A stretch of 64,000 nucleotides of DNA from Bacilli bacterium. Lineage in GTDB: Bacteria > Bacillota_I > Bacilli_A > RF39 > UBA660. Location of the stretch: positions 17,150 to 81,149 of the forward strand of contig JAFUBO010000003.1 of assembly GCA_017460175.1 (NCBI GenBank). Direction: 5' to 3'. Both the position numbers and the translations under genes were made by a program. The notes under the pieces are model-generated. The model was not told where the DNA came from. It searched no databases and saw nothing but the letters and a program-made list of their open reading frames with translations. Each line of letters opens with the position of its first letter. The first letter of the stretch is position 1. Shown here in pieces: positions 31,301 through 41,697 of the stretch.

Positions 31301-32010
31301 CAATAGCTGAAATTGATGGAGAAATTACTAAGATTAAAGAAGATCATGGTAAGTATAAAATTTCAATTACAAATAAACTTGAAACTAAAGAACATGTTAC
31401 TAACTATGGATCTAAATTATGTGTAGAAAAAGGTGACAAAGTTCACTGTGGAGATAAATTAACTGAAGGAGCTATTTCTCCTAAGGAATTACTTGCAGTA
31501 ACTGATCCAATTACTACACAAGAATATATCTTAAAAGAAGTTCAATATACTTATCGTTCTCAAGGTGTTGATATTTCAGATAAACATATTGAAATTATTG
31601 CTCGTAGAATGATTAGTAAAATTAGAATTGTTGATGGTGGAGAAACTAAATTCTTACCAGGTAGTCTTGTTAATTTCCGTGAGTTTACTGATGGAAATAA
31701 AGAAGCTATTATTAATGGTAAAAAACCTGCTGTTGGAAAACCAATCTTACTTGGTATTACTAAGGCAGCATTAGAGACTGACTCATTCTTATCTGCAGCT
31801 TCATTCCAAGAAACAACTCGTATCTTAACAGATGCTGCTATCAAAGGTAAGGTAGATCCATTATCAGGATTAAAAGAAAATGTTATCATTGGTAAATTGA
31901 TCCCTGCTGGTACTGGAAGTAAAGCTTATCGTGATGTAGACTATGAATTAAAGAGTGAATTTATTGATGAAGAACCATTAGAACAATTAGAAGATCAATT
32001 CATGGAATAA
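28372..32010 (+). CDS. rpoC: DNA-directed RNA polymerase subunit beta'
   Basis: '[14 protein letters not shown]' catalytic motif, N-terminal Zn-binding cysteines. 1212 aa. Confidence 0.95.
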   Translation: MIDVNKFEALKIGIASPDKIREWSYGEVKKPETINYRTLRPERDGLFCEKIFGPTKDFECACGKYKRVRYKNIVCDRCGVEVTRSKVRRERMGHIELATPVSHIWFFKGVPSRMGLVLDMSPRDLEEVLYFVSYVVIDKGKAPLENKQTLSEKEYRAYYEKYGTSFKVGMGAEAIKELLKNVDLKKEIDEIEKELEGAQGQKRTRLLKRLDVLDAFYKSGNKPEWMIMDCIPVIPPELRPMIQLDGGRFATSDLNDLYRRVINRNNRLKKLIDLGAPGIIIQNEKRMLQEAVDALFDNGRRGRSVTGAGNRPLKSISSMLKGKQGRFRQNLLGKRVDYSGRSVIVVGPSLKMYQCGIPKEMALELFKPHVIHGLVSKDIAHNIKAAKRLIDNQDPVVWDIVEEVIKEHPVMLNRAPTLHRLGIQAFEPILVGGKAIRLHPLVCPAFNADFDGDQMAVHVPLSEEAQAEARLLMLGSNNILHPKSGDPIVTPSQDMVLGNYYITMEKAGEEGEGRVFKNSNEALMAYERREITLHTRIAIPVNSFKYKLFTEQQKGKYLVTTVGKIKFNEILPDTFAYVNEPTDENISNITPNKYFLDMGTNIPEAIKEMPLVKAFAKGTLEKIIAQVFKRYKTTETSTMLDALKDLGFKYSTIAGITVSMADVEISQKKPQIVAEAQKIVDNINKQYKRGLITEEERFNKVIDTWNNATDQVKEELEEVSKKDIDNPIFIMMNSKARGNISNFTQVAGMRGIMAKPDGTPVEIPILSNFIEGLSVAEFFLSTHGARKGSADTALKTADSGYLTRRLVDVSQDMIVREDDCGTDQGVVVRDFVNEKTGAIIESLKDRIIGRFANKKIINPETKEVIVERLQMITETLAEKIIAAGITEVEIRTILTCNTANGVCQKCYGRNLATGNLVEIGEAVGVMAAQSIGEPGTQLTMRTFHSGGVAHGGDADITQGLPRVQELFEARNPKAKATIAEIDGEITKIKEDHGKYKISITNKLETKEHVTNYGSKLCVEKGDKVHCGDKLTEGAISPKELLAVTDPITTQEYILKEVQYTYRSQGVDISDKHIEIIARRMISKIRIVDGGETKFLPGSLVNFREFTDGNKEAIINGKKPAVGKPILLGITKAALETDSFLSAASFQETTRILTDAAIKGKVDPLSGLKENVIIGKLIPAGTGSKAYRDVDYELKSEFIDEEPLEQLEDQFME

Positions 32011-32041
32011 AAAAAAGACTTAGTTGACTAAGTCTTTTTTC
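32011..32041 (+). terminator. intrinsic terminator after rpoC
   Basis: 'aaaaaagacttagt-tga-ctaagtctttttt', a perfect 13-bp stem followed by a T-tract. Confidence 0.65.
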
Positions 32042-32086
32042 TTTACTTTTTTTTAAAATCTTGTATAATTTATATAGGTGAAATAT

Positions 32087-32203
32087 ATGAGAAAGATTAA
32101 TAATAAGGGTTGGGGAATGGATAGTATGATTGCGATAATGATTGCTTTTGCAGTTGTTTTAATCATATTAGTTATTTTAACTTATGCAATTAAGTTAGTT
32201 TGA
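32087..32203 (+). CDS. 38-aa hydrophobic small membrane peptide (MRKINNKGWGMDSMIAIMIAFAVVLIILVILTYAIKLV)
   Basis: Below the ORF-track cutoff, found by eye. Extended -10 'TGTATAAT' at 32062-32069 and RBS 'aggtga' 6 nt upstream of ATG 32087. Single TM helix. Confidence 0.3.
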   Translation: MRKINNKGWGMDSMIAIMIAFAVVLIILVILTYAIKLV

Positions 32204-32348
32204 TAAAATTATTAAAAAAATATGTTGACTTTAAAAGGTAGTAGTGTTATATTATTAGTGCTGATTAAATATCTTTGCTATAAGCAAAGTTTTATTTAAA
32301 GAGAAAAATGATACACCTGGATATGTGTAAAGAAAGGAGATTGATTTA

Positions 32349-32759
32349 ATGCCTACAATTAACCAATTAGTTCGTAAAAATCGTAAGGATAAAGTTAGAA
32401 AAAGTAAAGCACCAGTACTTGGTGTAGGGTTAAACACTATAAAGAAGAAAACTACAGATACTAACTCTCCTCAAAAACGTGGAGTTTGTACTCGTGTTGG
32501 TACTAAAACACCTAAAAAACCTAACTCAGCTTTACGTAAGTATGCGCGTGTTCGTTTATCAAATGGAAAAGAAGTTGATACTTATATTCCAGGAATTGGA
32601 CACAACTTACAAGAACACAGTGTTGTATTAATTCGTGGAGGACGTGTTAAAGACCTTATCGGAGTTCGTTATCACATCATTCGTGGAACACTTGATACAG
32701 CTGGTGTTAAAGATCGTAAGCAAGGACGTAGTAAATACGGAGCAAAAAAAGGTAAATAA
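32349..32759 (+). CDS. rpsL: 30S ribosomal protein S12
   Basis: '[10 protein letters not shown]...', 136 aa. Confidence 0.95.
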   Translation: MPTINQLVRKNRKDKVRKSKAPVLGVGLNTIKKKTTDTNSPQKRGVCTRVGTKTPKKPNSALRKYARVRLSNGKEVDTYIPGIGHNLQEHSVVLIRGGRVKDLIGVRYHIIRGTLDTAGVKDRKQGRSKYGAKKGK

Positions 32760-32789
32760 AATTAGAAATTTTGAAGGGAGGATTTTATA

Positions 32790-33257
32790 ATGCGTAAGAG
32801 ACGTGCAGTAAAAAGAGATGTTCTACCAGATCCAATATATAAGTCAAAAGTAGTTGCAAAACTAATTAATACTATTATGTTAGATGGTAAAAAAGGAACA
32901 GCTCAAACAATAGTTTATGAAGCATTTGATACTGTTAAAAATAAAACTGGAAAAGATCCAATTGAAGTATTTAATGAAGCAATGGAAAACATTAAACCAC
33001 AATTAGAAGTTAAGAGCCGTCGTGTTGGTGGTTCTAACTATCAAGTACCAGTAGAAGTAACACCTGCTAGAGGATTAGCATTAGCCCTAAGATGGTTAAC
33101 TAAATATTCTCGTGAACGTGGTGGAAAAGGAATGGCTGATAATTTAGCTAATGAAATTATAGATGCATCTAATGGAACAGGTGCAGCTGTTAAAAAACGT
33201 GAAGATACTCATAGAATGGCTGAAGCTAATAAAGCTTTCGCTCATTATAGATGGTAA
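32790..33257 (+). CDS. rpsG: 30S ribosomal protein S7
   Basis: 155 aa, '[16 protein letters not shown]'. Confidence 0.95.
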   Translation: MRKRRAVKRDVLPDPIYKSKVVAKLINTIMLDGKKGTAQTIVYEAFDTVKNKTGKDPIEVFNEAMENIKPQLEVKSRRVGGSNYQVPVEVTPARGLALALRWLTKYSRERGGKGMADNLANEIIDASNGTGAAVKKREDTHRMAEANKAFAHYRW

Positions 33258-33271
33258 GAAAGGAATAGAAT

Positions 33272-35341
33272 ATGGCAAGAGATACGTCATTAGAGAAAAC
33301 AAGAAATATTGGAATAATGGCTCATATCGATGCAGGTAAAACTACTTGTACTGAAAGAATCTTATTCCATACAGGGGTTACTCATAAAATAGGTGAAACT
33401 CATGATGGTGAGTCTCAAATGGACTGGATGGCTCAAGAACAAGAACGTGGTATTACTATCACTTCTGCAGCTACTACAGCTCATTGGAAAGGACATCGTT
33501 TAAATATAATCGATACTCCAGGACATGTAGACTTTACTATTGAAGTTTCTCGTTCACTTCGTGTATTAGATGGAGCAGTTGCTTTAATTGATGCACAAGC
33601 TGGTGTTGAACCTCAAACTGAAACAGTTTGGAGACAAGCATCAGAATTTAAAGTACCTAGAATTATTTTTGCAAATAAAATGGATAAAATGGGTGCTAAC
33701 TTTGAATATAGTTTAAAAACTATCAAAGATCGTTTAGGAGTTAATGCTAAACCAATTGAATGGCCAATCGGTTCTGAAGCAGATTTTGATGGTGTAATTG
33801 ATTTAGTTACTATGAAAGCATATCATTATGATGGAGCTCAAGCTGAAGAAGCTCAAGAAATTGAAATTCCAGCTGACTTAAAAGATATTGCTGAAACAAA
33901 ACGTGCAGAATTAATTGATGCAGTTGCTGAATATGATGATGAAATGATGATGACATACTTAGATGGTGGAGAAGTTACAATCGATATGATTAAAACAGCT
34001 ATTCGTAAGGGATGTTTAGCTGCTGAATTCTTCCCAGTTATGTGTGGAACAGCATTAGGAAATAAGGGTATTAAATTACTACTTGATGCAGTAATTGATT
34101 ATTTACCAAGTCCACTTGATATTCCATCAATTAAAGGAACTACATTAGATGGTGCTGAAGCAGAAAGACATCCAAGTGATAATGAACCATTTGCTTCATT
34201 AGCATTTAAGGTTATGACTGATCCATTTGTTGGACGTTTAACATTCTTTAGAGTTTATTCAGGACACTTAAGTAGTGGTTCATATGTATTAAACTCTACA
34301 AAAGATTCAAAAGAAAGAATTGGTAGAATTCTTCAAATGCATGCTAATAACCGTAAGGAAATTAGTGATGTATATACTGGAGATATTGCTGCTGCAGTAG
34401 GATTAAAAAATACTACTACAGGAGATACATTATGTGATGAAAAGAAACCAATAATCTTAGAGAGCTTAGTAGTTCCAGAACCAGTTATTCAATTAGCTGT
34501 TGAACCAAAATCAAAAGCAGATCAAGATAAAATGGCTTTAGCATTACAAAAACTTGCTGAAGAAGATCCAACATTTAAAGTTCATACTGATCATGAAACA
34601 GGACAAACTGTTATCGCTGGTATGGGTGAATTACACCTTGATGTATTAGTAGATCGTATGAAACGTGAATTCAATGTTGAAGCTAATGTTGGTGCTCCAC
34701 AAGTTGCTTACCGTGAAACAATTAAGCAAGCTGCTGATTGTGAAGGTAAATATATTAAACAATCTGGTGGACGTGGACAATATGGACACGTATGGGTTAA
34801 ATTTGAGCCAAATCCAGATAAAGGTTACGAATTTGTTGACCAAATCGTTGGTGGTGTTGTTCCAAGAGAATACATCCCAGTTGTAGATAAAGGATTACAA
34901 GAAGCTTTACAAACAGGTGTACTTGCTGGATATCCTATGATAGATGTTAAGTGTACATTATTTGATGGTTCATACCATGATGTAGACTCTAACGAAATGG
35001 CATTCAAAATTGCTGCTAGTTTTGCATTAAAAGAAGCTAAGAATAAATGTAAGCCAGTATTACTTGAACCAATCATGAAAGTAGATGTTACTACTCCAGA
35101 TGAATACTTCGGTAACGTTATGGGAGATTTAACTTCTCGTCGTGGTAAACCATTAGGTCAAGAATCTCAAGGAAATGCTGTTAAACTTAGTGCAATGGTT
35201 CCACTTTCAGAAATGTTTGGATATGCTACTAACCTTCGTAGTAATACACAAGGAAGAGCTACATTCGTAATGTTCTTTGATCATTATGAAGAAGTTCCAA
35301 AAAATATTGCTGATGAAATCATAAAAAAGAGTGGAAATTAA
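33272..35341 (+). CDS. fusA: elongation factor G
   Basis: '[14 protein letters not shown]' G1 motif. 689 aa. Confidence 0.95.
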   Translation: MARDTSLEKTRNIGIMAHIDAGKTTCTERILFHTGVTHKIGETHDGESQMDWMAQEQERGITITSAATTAHWKGHRLNIIDTPGHVDFTIEVSRSLRVLDGAVALIDAQAGVEPQTETVWRQASEFKVPRIIFANKMDKMGANFEYSLKTIKDRLGVNAKPIEWPIGSEADFDGVIDLVTMKAYHYDGAQAEEAQEIEIPADLKDIAETKRAELIDAVAEYDDEMMMTYLDGGEVTIDMIKTAIRKGCLAAEFFPVMCGTALGNKGIKLLLDAVIDYLPSPLDIPSIKGTTLDGAEAERHPSDNEPFASLAFKVMTDPFVGRLTFFRVYSGHLSSGSYVLNSTKDSKERIGRILQMHANNRKEISDVYTGDIAAAVGLKNTTTGDTLCDEKKPIILESLVVPEPVIQLAVEPKSKADQDKMALALQKLAEEDPTFKVHTDHETGQTVIAGMGELHLDVLVDRMKREFNVEANVGAPQVAYRETIKQAADCEGKYIKQSGGRGQYGHVWVKFEPNPDKGYEFVDQIVGGVVPREYIPVVDKGLQEALQTGVLAGYPMIDVKCTLFDGSYHDVDSNEMAFKIAASFALKEAKNKCKPVLLEPIMKVDVTTPDEYFGNVMGDLTSRRGKPLGQESQGNAVKLSAMVPLSEMFGYATNLRSNTQGRATFVMFFDHYEEVPKNIADEIIKKSGN

Positions 35342-35423
35342 TAAATTAGTATCAAAATAGTTGAAAATATTTCAATTATTAGATAAAATATATGTTGTAA
35401 ATAAATAAGGAGGAAATTGTTTT

Positions 35424-36608
35424 ATGGCAAAAGAAAAATTTGATCGTTCAAAACCACACGTTAACGTTGGTACAATTGGACACGTAGATCATGGTAAAAC
35501 TACTTTAACTGCTGCTATTTCTAAATGTTTAGCTGGTAAATACGGTAACCAAGCTGTTGATTTCGCTAACATTGATAAAGCACCAGAAGAAAGAGAACGT
35601 GGTATTACAATTAATACTGCACACATTGAGTATAGTACTGAAAAAAGACACTACGCTCACGTTGACTGTCCAGGACATGCTGATTATGTTAAAAACATGA
35701 TTACTGGTGCAGCTCAAATGGATGGAGCAATCTTAGTTATTGCTGCTACTGATGGACCTATGGCACAAACTCGTGAACATATCTTACTTGCTCGTCAAGT
35801 TGGAGTACCTAAAATGGTAGTATTCATGAATAAATGTGATATGGTAGATGATCCAGAATTATTAGACTTAGTAGAAATGGAAATTCGTGACTTATTAAAC
35901 GAATACGATTATGATGGAGATAACACTCCAATCATTCGTGGTTCTGCTTTAAAAGCTCTTGAAGGTGATCCAGCTTGGACTCCAAAAATTGATGAATTAA
36001 TGGAAGCTGTTGATACTTGGATCCCAACTCCAGAAAGAGATAATGATAAACCATTCTTAATGAGTATCGAAGACGTATTCACAATCACAGGTCGTGGTAC
36101 AGTTGTTACTGGACGTGTTGAACGTGGACAATTAAAATTAAATGATGAAGTTGAAATCGTTGGTATTAAACCAACTAAGAAAACAGTTGTTACAGGAATT
36201 GAAATGTTCCGTAAACAATTAGACTTTGCTGAAGCAGGAGACAATGCCGGAGTATTATTACGTGGTATCGCTCGTGAAGAAGTTGAAAGAGGACAAGTTC
36301 TTGCTAAACCAGGAAGTGTTACTCCACATCATCAATTCAAAGCTGCAGTATATGTTTTAAGTAAAGAAGAAGGTGGACGTCATACTCCATTCTTCAACAA
36401 CTATCGTCCACAATTCTATTTCAGAACTACTGATGTAACAGGAGTTATCACTTTACCAGAAGGAACTGAAATGGTAATGCCTGGAGATAACGTTGATATG
36501 ACTGTTGAATTAATCCATTCAATAGCTCTAGAACAAGGTACTAAATTCTCTATCCGTGAAGGTGGAAGAACAGTTGGTGCTGGAAACGTTACTGAAATTA
36601 TTAAATAA
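35424..36608 (+). CDS. tuf: elongation factor Tu
   Basis: '[19 protein letters not shown]'. 394 aa. Confidence 0.95.
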   Translation: MAKEKFDRSKPHVNVGTIGHVDHGKTTLTAAISKCLAGKYGNQAVDFANIDKAPEERERGITINTAHIEYSTEKRHYAHVDCPGHADYVKNMITGAAQMDGAILVIAATDGPMAQTREHILLARQVGVPKMVVFMNKCDMVDDPELLDLVEMEIRDLLNEYDYDGDNTPIIRGSALKALEGDPAWTPKIDELMEAVDTWIPTPERDNDKPFLMSIEDVFTITGRGTVVTGRVERGQLKLNDEVEIVGIKPTKKTVVTGIEMFRKQLDFAEAGDNAGVLLRGIAREEVERGQVLAKPGSVTPHHQFKAAVYVLSKEEGGRHTPFFNNYRPQFYFRTTDVTGVITLPEGTEMVMPGDNVDMTVELIHSIALEQGTKFSIREGGRTVGAGNVTEIIK

Positions 36609-36619
36609 TTAAAGTAAAT

Positions 36620-36646
36620 AAAAGATGCTTTGGCATCTTTTTTTAT
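36620..36646. terminator. bidirectional intrinsic terminator (tuf / convergent femAB)
   Basis: 'aaaagatgc-tttg-gcatctttt' flanked by A- and T-tracts on both sides. Confidence 0.6.
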
Positions 36647-36661
36647 TAAAAAAAAGAACAA

Positions 36662-37903
36662 TTATTTGTTCTTTTTTGATCTTACATACCAGTTATACAT
36701 AAGATTGTTTAATATTATATCAAATTCTCCTACATATTCAGTTATTATAGTATTAAATCCAAGTTTTGATTCATTTAAACCACTATATTCATTTTGATTC
36801 TCAAAATCTCCTACAATACCATTTAGATTTATATATTTAAATCCTTGCTCGTTATAGTCATTAATTAATTGCCATTTTATTAATGTGTTGGCATTTAAAT
36901 AGCCATATTCTTCATCAATTCCTTCAGTAAATATATATGCAGCATTATCATATCTTATAATAAGGGTACCTGCAATTACTATACCATCAGGATTTGATTT
37001 TAATAATTCAGTAGCTTTTAATAAACTATTTTTATATGCAGTTATTAATTTGTCTGATTCCATTTTTTTATTAAGATATGATTCTCTTTCACTATTATTT
37101 AGACTCATATCTTGAACTTTAGCAGCTAATGTATCATTATATTCTAATTCTTTTTCATAACTTTTTCTACTATTAACTAAGAATGTTTCAGTATTAATTT
37201 TTGCATAATATATATCTACACTACCACTAAAAGAATTACATATTGTTTTGTAATAATTTAGTGGTTTATTTTCTTTTTTAGCAATAAATGTATATAACTT
37301 ATTAATATCATTATTTTGGTCTTTATATACTTCTACACCACTATTAGTAGCTCTTCTAATTTTATTTCTAACTCTTTTGTCTATTTTAGAAGATATTTCT
37401 CTAATATCTTTTTGTAATAATACTAAGGCTTCCCATCTAGGTTTTTCTGTTTCAAAATATAATGTTTTTCCTTTATATTTAAAACCGGATTTTATTAAAT
37501 TATCAATAACAGTATTTCCTTGATTATTAAAGTTCATAATATTTCCTTCATAATCTCTTATTGTGAGTGGTACATATGGATCTATTCTTAATAAAATAAA
37601 TCCTTGTTTACCTAAAACTTTTTTAAGAATTTGTGTCACTTCTTTAACATTATCAAAATTTTCATAATCAAATAATATACCGTGAGGTGCATAGGCTATC
37701 TTAGTACCCATAAATACATCTTTGTATATAAGTAAAGTAGCACCAATGATTTTATCTTCGTCATTACTAATACCTAGAAATTGGGCATGATAACCAAATT
37801 TCACCATTATGTTAGCATATTGTGATGTTTGATAAAAGTTTCTAAATCTATGAGTTGAAGAATATTTATCAAATTGAGCTGCGCTTAATTTAACTATTTT
37901 CAT
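36662..37903 (-). CDS. FemAB-family peptidoglycan interpeptide-bridge aminoacyltransferase
   Basis: About 413 aa. N-terminal 'MKIVKLSAAQFDKY..FYQTSQYANI', central coiled-coil insertion, C-terminal 'ITEYVGEFD' (FemA 'IEYVGDF'). RBS 'ggaagtggg'. Divergent from murD. Confidence 0.6.
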   Translation of the reverse strand: MKIVKLSAAQFDKYSSTHRFRNFYQTSQYANIMVKFGYHAQFLGISNDEDKIIGATLLIYKDVFMGTKIAYAPHGILFDYENFDNVKEVTQILKKVLGKQGFILLRIDPYVPLTIRDYEGNIMNFNNQGNTVIDNLIKSGFKYKGKTLYFETEKPRWEALVLLQKDIREISSKIDKRVRNKIRRATNSGVEVYKDQNNDINKLYTFIAKKENKPLNYYKTICNSFSGSVDIYYAKINTETFLVNSRKSYEKELEYNDTLAAKVQDMSLNNSERESYLNKKMESDKLITAYKNSLLKATELLKSNPDGIVIAGTLIIRYDNAAYIFTEGIDEEYGYLNANTLIKWQLINDYNEQGFKYINLNGIVGDFENQNEYSGLNESKLGFNTIITEYVGEFDIILNNLMYNWYVRSKKNK

Positions 37904-38019
37904 CTGCCCACTTCCTATCCTTTTATTATTATAACATATCAATTAATTTTCTTTCAATATCAAAGAATTAAATTGTAGCCAAAAAAAGATAGATATAGTA
38001 TACTATTATTGGTGATAAT

Positions 38020-39372
38020 ATGTTTAAAGATAATAAAATATTAATATTAGGTATGGCAAGAAGTGGGTATCAAGCAGCTAAATTACTAATTAGTAGGGGA
38101 AATGATGTTTACTTAAATGAGGCAAAAAGTGAAGATAAAATGGATGAAGTACAAGTAAAGGAATTAAGAGATTTAGGTGTTCATTTAATTTTTGGATCTC
38201 ATCCTGATGATTTATTTGATTCATCATTTGATTATTTAATAAAGAATCCTGGGGTACCAATAGATCATAAATATGTTTTAAAAGCAAGAGAATTAGGTAT
38301 AGAAGTAATTAATGAAGTAGAGATGGCTTATAGATTATTACCAGATGATGTTAGTTTAATAGGGATTACTGGTACTAATGGTAAAACTACAACTACGACA
38401 TTAATATATGAAATTATGTATAGAGCTTATGGTGAAAAAGTACATTTGGCAGGTAATATAGGTTATCCACTATCAAGTATTTTAAATGATGTTAAAAGTG
38501 GAGATATCATAGTAATAGAATGTTCGTGTCAACAAGGTGAAAACTTTATTGATTTTCATCCTCATGTAGGTGTAATAACTAATTTTTCAGAAGCACATAT
38601 TGATTTTATGAAAACATATGATCATTATAAAGAAGTTAAATCTAGAATGTTTTATAATCAAAGTAATGATGATGTTGCGATTATAAATTATGATAATCAA
38701 GATGTAATGGAAAAACTAGAAAATATTCCATCTATAAAAAGATATTTTTCTAGTAAGCAGCATATTGAAGGATGTTACTTAGAAAATAAAAATATTTATT
38801 ATTATGATGAATTTATTATTAATACAGATGATATAAAAATAAAAGGTATTCATAATATTGAAAACTGTATGGCAGCAATAAGTGCAGTTAAAGAATATGG
38901 TGTATCTAATGAAATAATTAAAGAGGTTATAAGTAATTTTAAAGGTGTAGAACATAGATTAGAGTATGTTGATACAGTTAATGGAGTAGAATATTATAAT
39001 GATACAGAGGCTACTAATATAAAGTGTTGCCAGATAGCTTTGTCTTCTTTTGATAAGCCTATTGTATTATTCTTAGGTGGATTAGAAAGAGGACAAGATT
39101 TTAATGAACTTACACCATATATGGATAATGTATATGCTGTTATTGCGATAGGTGAATGTCGTGAAAGAGTAGCAGAATATGCAAAAAGTATTGGTAAAAA
39201 AGTATATGTTTATGAATATTTATCTGAAGGATTTGATAAGGTAAGTGAATTTGTAAAACCTGGAGATATAGTTTTATTATCACCAGCTAGTGCTAGTTGG
39301 GATCAATATAAAGAGTGTGAGATAAGAGGAGCAGAATTTAAGAAAAAAGTAAATGATTTAAAAGGTGATTAG
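38020..39372 (+). CDS. murD: UDP-N-acetylmuramoylalanine--D-glutamate ligase
   Basis: 'ILGMARSGYQAAKLL' N-terminal Rossmann, 'GITGTNGKTTTT' P-loop. 450 aa. Confidence 0.8.
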   Translation: MFKDNKILILGMARSGYQAAKLLISRGNDVYLNEAKSEDKMDEVQVKELRDLGVHLIFGSHPDDLFDSSFDYLIKNPGVPIDHKYVLKARELGIEVINEVEMAYRLLPDDVSLIGITGTNGKTTTTTLIYEIMYRAYGEKVHLAGNIGYPLSSILNDVKSGDIIVIECSCQQGENFIDFHPHVGVITNFSEAHIDFMKTYDHYKEVKSRMFYNQSNDDVAIINYDNQDVMEKLENIPSIKRYFSSKQHIEGCYLENKNIYYYDEFIINTDDIKIKGIHNIENCMAAISAVKEYGVSNEIIKEVISNFKGVEHRLEYVDTVNGVEYYNDTEATNIKCCQIALSSFDKPIVLFLGGLERGQDFNELTPYMDNVYAVIAIGECRERVAEYAKSIGKKVYVYEYLSEGFDKVSEFVKPGDIVLLSPASASWDQYKECEIRGAEFKKKVNDLKGD

Positions 39373-40119
39373 ATGAATAAAAAGATAGGTATATTTGATT
39401 CAGGACTAGGTGGATTATCTATTTTAAAAGAATTAGTAAAGTTATTACCAAACGAAGATTATTTATTTTATGAAGATAGTATAAATAATCCATATGGTGA
39501 AAAAAGTGATGAGGAATTATTAGAAATTACTTCTAAAATAGTGGACTATTTATTAAAAGAAAATTGTAAAATAATAGTTATTGCATGTAATACTGCGACT
39601 ACTTCATGTATTGAAAAATTAAGAAATAAATATCCTAATACTATATTTGTAGGAACAGTACCAGCTATTAAAGTGGCTTATGATAATAATTATAAAAATA
39701 CTATTATTCTTTCAACAACTTATACAAGAAATTCTAAAAGGGTTAATGAACTTATAAGTGAGTATCATAATACTTTTCAAAATATAATTAATATATCTGG
39801 TGAAAATTTAGCTAATTTAATAGAAGAAAATAAAATGGATGAGGTAAATAACTTATTGGAAAGATTATTAACACCTTATAAAAATTGTGATTCTGTAGTA
39901 CTTGGTTGTACTCATTATTCTCTTATTAAAGATGAAATAAAAAGAGTACTTCCTAATGCTACTTTGATAGACGGTAATATTGGAGTTGCTAAAGAAGTTA
40001 AACATCAATTAGAGATAAATTCATCTATCTCAAATTCTAAAAATAGTGGTGAAATTACATTTATAAATACAAAAGACAGTAAACTAATAGAAAGAAGTTT
40101 TGAATTATTAAGAAAATAA
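39373..40119 (+). CDS. murI: glutamate racemase
   Basis: 'IGIFDSGLGGLS', 'IVIACNTAT', 'VLGCTHY' are the racemase Cys motifs. Confidence 0.8.
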   Translation: MNKKIGIFDSGLGGLSILKELVKLLPNEDYLFYEDSINNPYGEKSDEELLEITSKIVDYLLKENCKIIVIACNTATTSCIEKLRNKYPNTIFVGTVPAIKVAYDNNYKNTIILSTTYTRNSKRVNELISEYHNTFQNIINISGENLANLIEENKMDEVNNLLERLLTPYKNCDSVVLGCTHYSLIKDEIKRVLPNATLIDGNIGVAKEVKHQLEINSSISNSKNSGEITFINTKDSKLIERSFELLRK

Positions 40120-40127
40120 TATAATAA

Positions 40128-41369
40128 ATGGAGGTTAATATGAAAATAAAAAATGTAATAGGAAGAGAAATATTAGATTCAAGGGGTAATCCTACTGTAG
40201 AAGTAGATGTAATACTTGAAAATGGAATATTAGGGCGTGCTGCGGTACCAAGTGGGGCTTCTACTGGAGAAAGAGAGGCTTTAGAATTAAGAGATGGTGA
40301 TAAATCAAGATATTTAGGTAAAGGTGTTTTAAAGGCAGTAGAAAATGTTAATGGACCCCTTCGTGATTTAGTTGTTGGAATGGATGCGGAAAATCAAAAG
40401 GAATTAGATTATGCAATGATAAACTTAGATGGAACTGAAACTAAATCTAAATTTGGGGCTAATGCGATATTAGGTATTAGTATGGCTGCATTAAAAGCAA
40501 GTGCAATTAATGCTGGTAAAGAATTATATGAGTATATTGGTGATGGAAAAACTTTACCTCGTCCAATGATGAATATAATTAATGGTGGTGCACATGCTGA
40601 TAATAAATTAGATTTCCAAGAATTTATGATTATTCCTATGAGAGATACAATTCGTGAGAGATTAAGAGTTGGGGCTGAGGTATTCCATAATTTAAAGAAA
40701 GTGTTGAATGAAAAGAATCTTGCGACAGGTGTAGGTGATGAAGGTGGATTTGCACCTGATCTACAAAGTAATTCTGAAGGATTTGATTTAATAATAGAGG
40801 CGATAAAAAAAGCAGGATATACTCCTGGTGTTGATGTTTGTTTAGGAATAGATGTTGCGGCTTCAGAATTTTATAAAGATGGTATATATAATTTAGTAGG
40901 TGAAAATAGAAGTTTAACTACAGACGAATTAATTGATTTTTATACTGAATTAGTTGATAAATATCCTATTATATCTATTGAAGATCCAGTTGATGAAAAT
41001 GATTGGGATGGATTTAGAAAAATAACTGAGAAATTAGGGGATAGAATTCAATTAGTTGGAGATGACTTATTTGTTACTAATAAGAAATGTCTACAAATGG
41101 GTATTGATAATCATGCAGGTAATGCAATTTTATTAAAAGTAAATCAAATAGGTACAATTACTGAGACACTTGAAACAATAGATCTTGCGAGAAATAATGG
41201 TTATGCTACTATTATATCTCATAGAAGTGGAGAAACAGAAGATACAACTATTGCAGATTTAGCTGTAGGACTTAATTTAGGACAAATCAAAACAGGATCA
41301 ATGTCTAGAACTGATAGAATTTGTAAATATAATCAATTACTTAGAATAGAAGAAAAACTATCTAAATAG
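40128..41369 (+). CDS. eno: enolase
   Basis: '[14 protein letters not shown]', 'SHRSGETED'. 413 aa. Confidence 0.9.
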   Translation: MEVNMKIKNVIGREILDSRGNPTVEVDVILENGILGRAAVPSGASTGEREALELRDGDKSRYLGKGVLKAVENVNGPLRDLVVGMDAENQKELDYAMINLDGTETKSKFGANAILGISMAALKASAINAGKELYEYIGDGKTLPRPMMNIINGGAHADNKLDFQEFMIIPMRDTIRERLRVGAEVFHNLKKVLNEKNLATGVGDEGGFAPDLQSNSEGFDLIIEAIKKAGYTPGVDVCLGIDVAASEFYKDGIYNLVGENRSLTTDELIDFYTELVDKYPIISIEDPVDENDWDGFRKITEKLGDRIQLVGDDLFVTNKKCLQMGIDNHAGNAILLKVNQIGTITETLETIDLARNNGYATIISHRSGETEDTTIADLAVGLNLGQIKTGSMSRTDRICKYNQLLRIEEKLSK

Positions 41370-41423
41370 TTTGCAAAATAAGATAAATTATGATAATATA
41401 TTTACTGTTATGGAGGGATTAAT

Positions 41424-41639
41424 ATGCAAATAGCATTAGTAGTTATATCAATTTTATTAATTATCCTTGTGTTACTTCAAAGCGCTAAAGCAGATGGAGG
41501 ACCTCAAATTATATCTGGTGGACAAAGTGAATTATTCGCAAATCGCAAAGAAAGAGGATCAGAATTAGTTATTACTAGAATTACAGCTTTACTAGGTTTT
41601 GCTTTTTTTGTAATTTGTATAGTTTCAATGTTTATATAA
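41424..41639 (+). CDS. secG: preprotein translocase subunit SecG
   Basis: 71 aa. 'VISILLIILVLLQSAKADGG' is the SecG signature. The secG-rnr-smpB-ssrA order is conserved. Confidence 0.7.
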   Translation: MQIALVVISILLIILVLLQSAKADGGPQIISGGQSELFANRKERGSELVITRITALLGFAFFVICIVSMFI

Positions 41640-41668
41640 TTTAAAGGACTTCGGTCCTTTTCTTTTGT
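41640..41668 (+). terminator. intrinsic terminator after secG
   Basis: 'aaaggac-ttcg-gtccttt' followed by a T-rich tract. Confidence 0.5.
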
Positions 41669-41697
41669 TTTAAAATAAAGTATAATAAAAATAGAGG

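Noticed and set aside
32255-32437. 60-aa minus-strand ORF across the rpsL promoter/start
   Set aside because: It overlaps the rpsL start and its promoter. rpsL on the + strand is unambiguous.
34665-34886. 73-aa plus-strand ORF inside fusA in an alternative frame, and 55840-56037 inside the giant gene
   Set aside because: These are out-of-frame ORFs within strongly supported genes, and no signals were seen.
36416-36661. 81-aa minus-strand ORF overlapping the 3' end of tuf and continuous with femAB
   Set aside because: It overlaps the tuf coding sequence and the bidirectional terminator. femAB ends at its own stop at 36662. There is no independent support.
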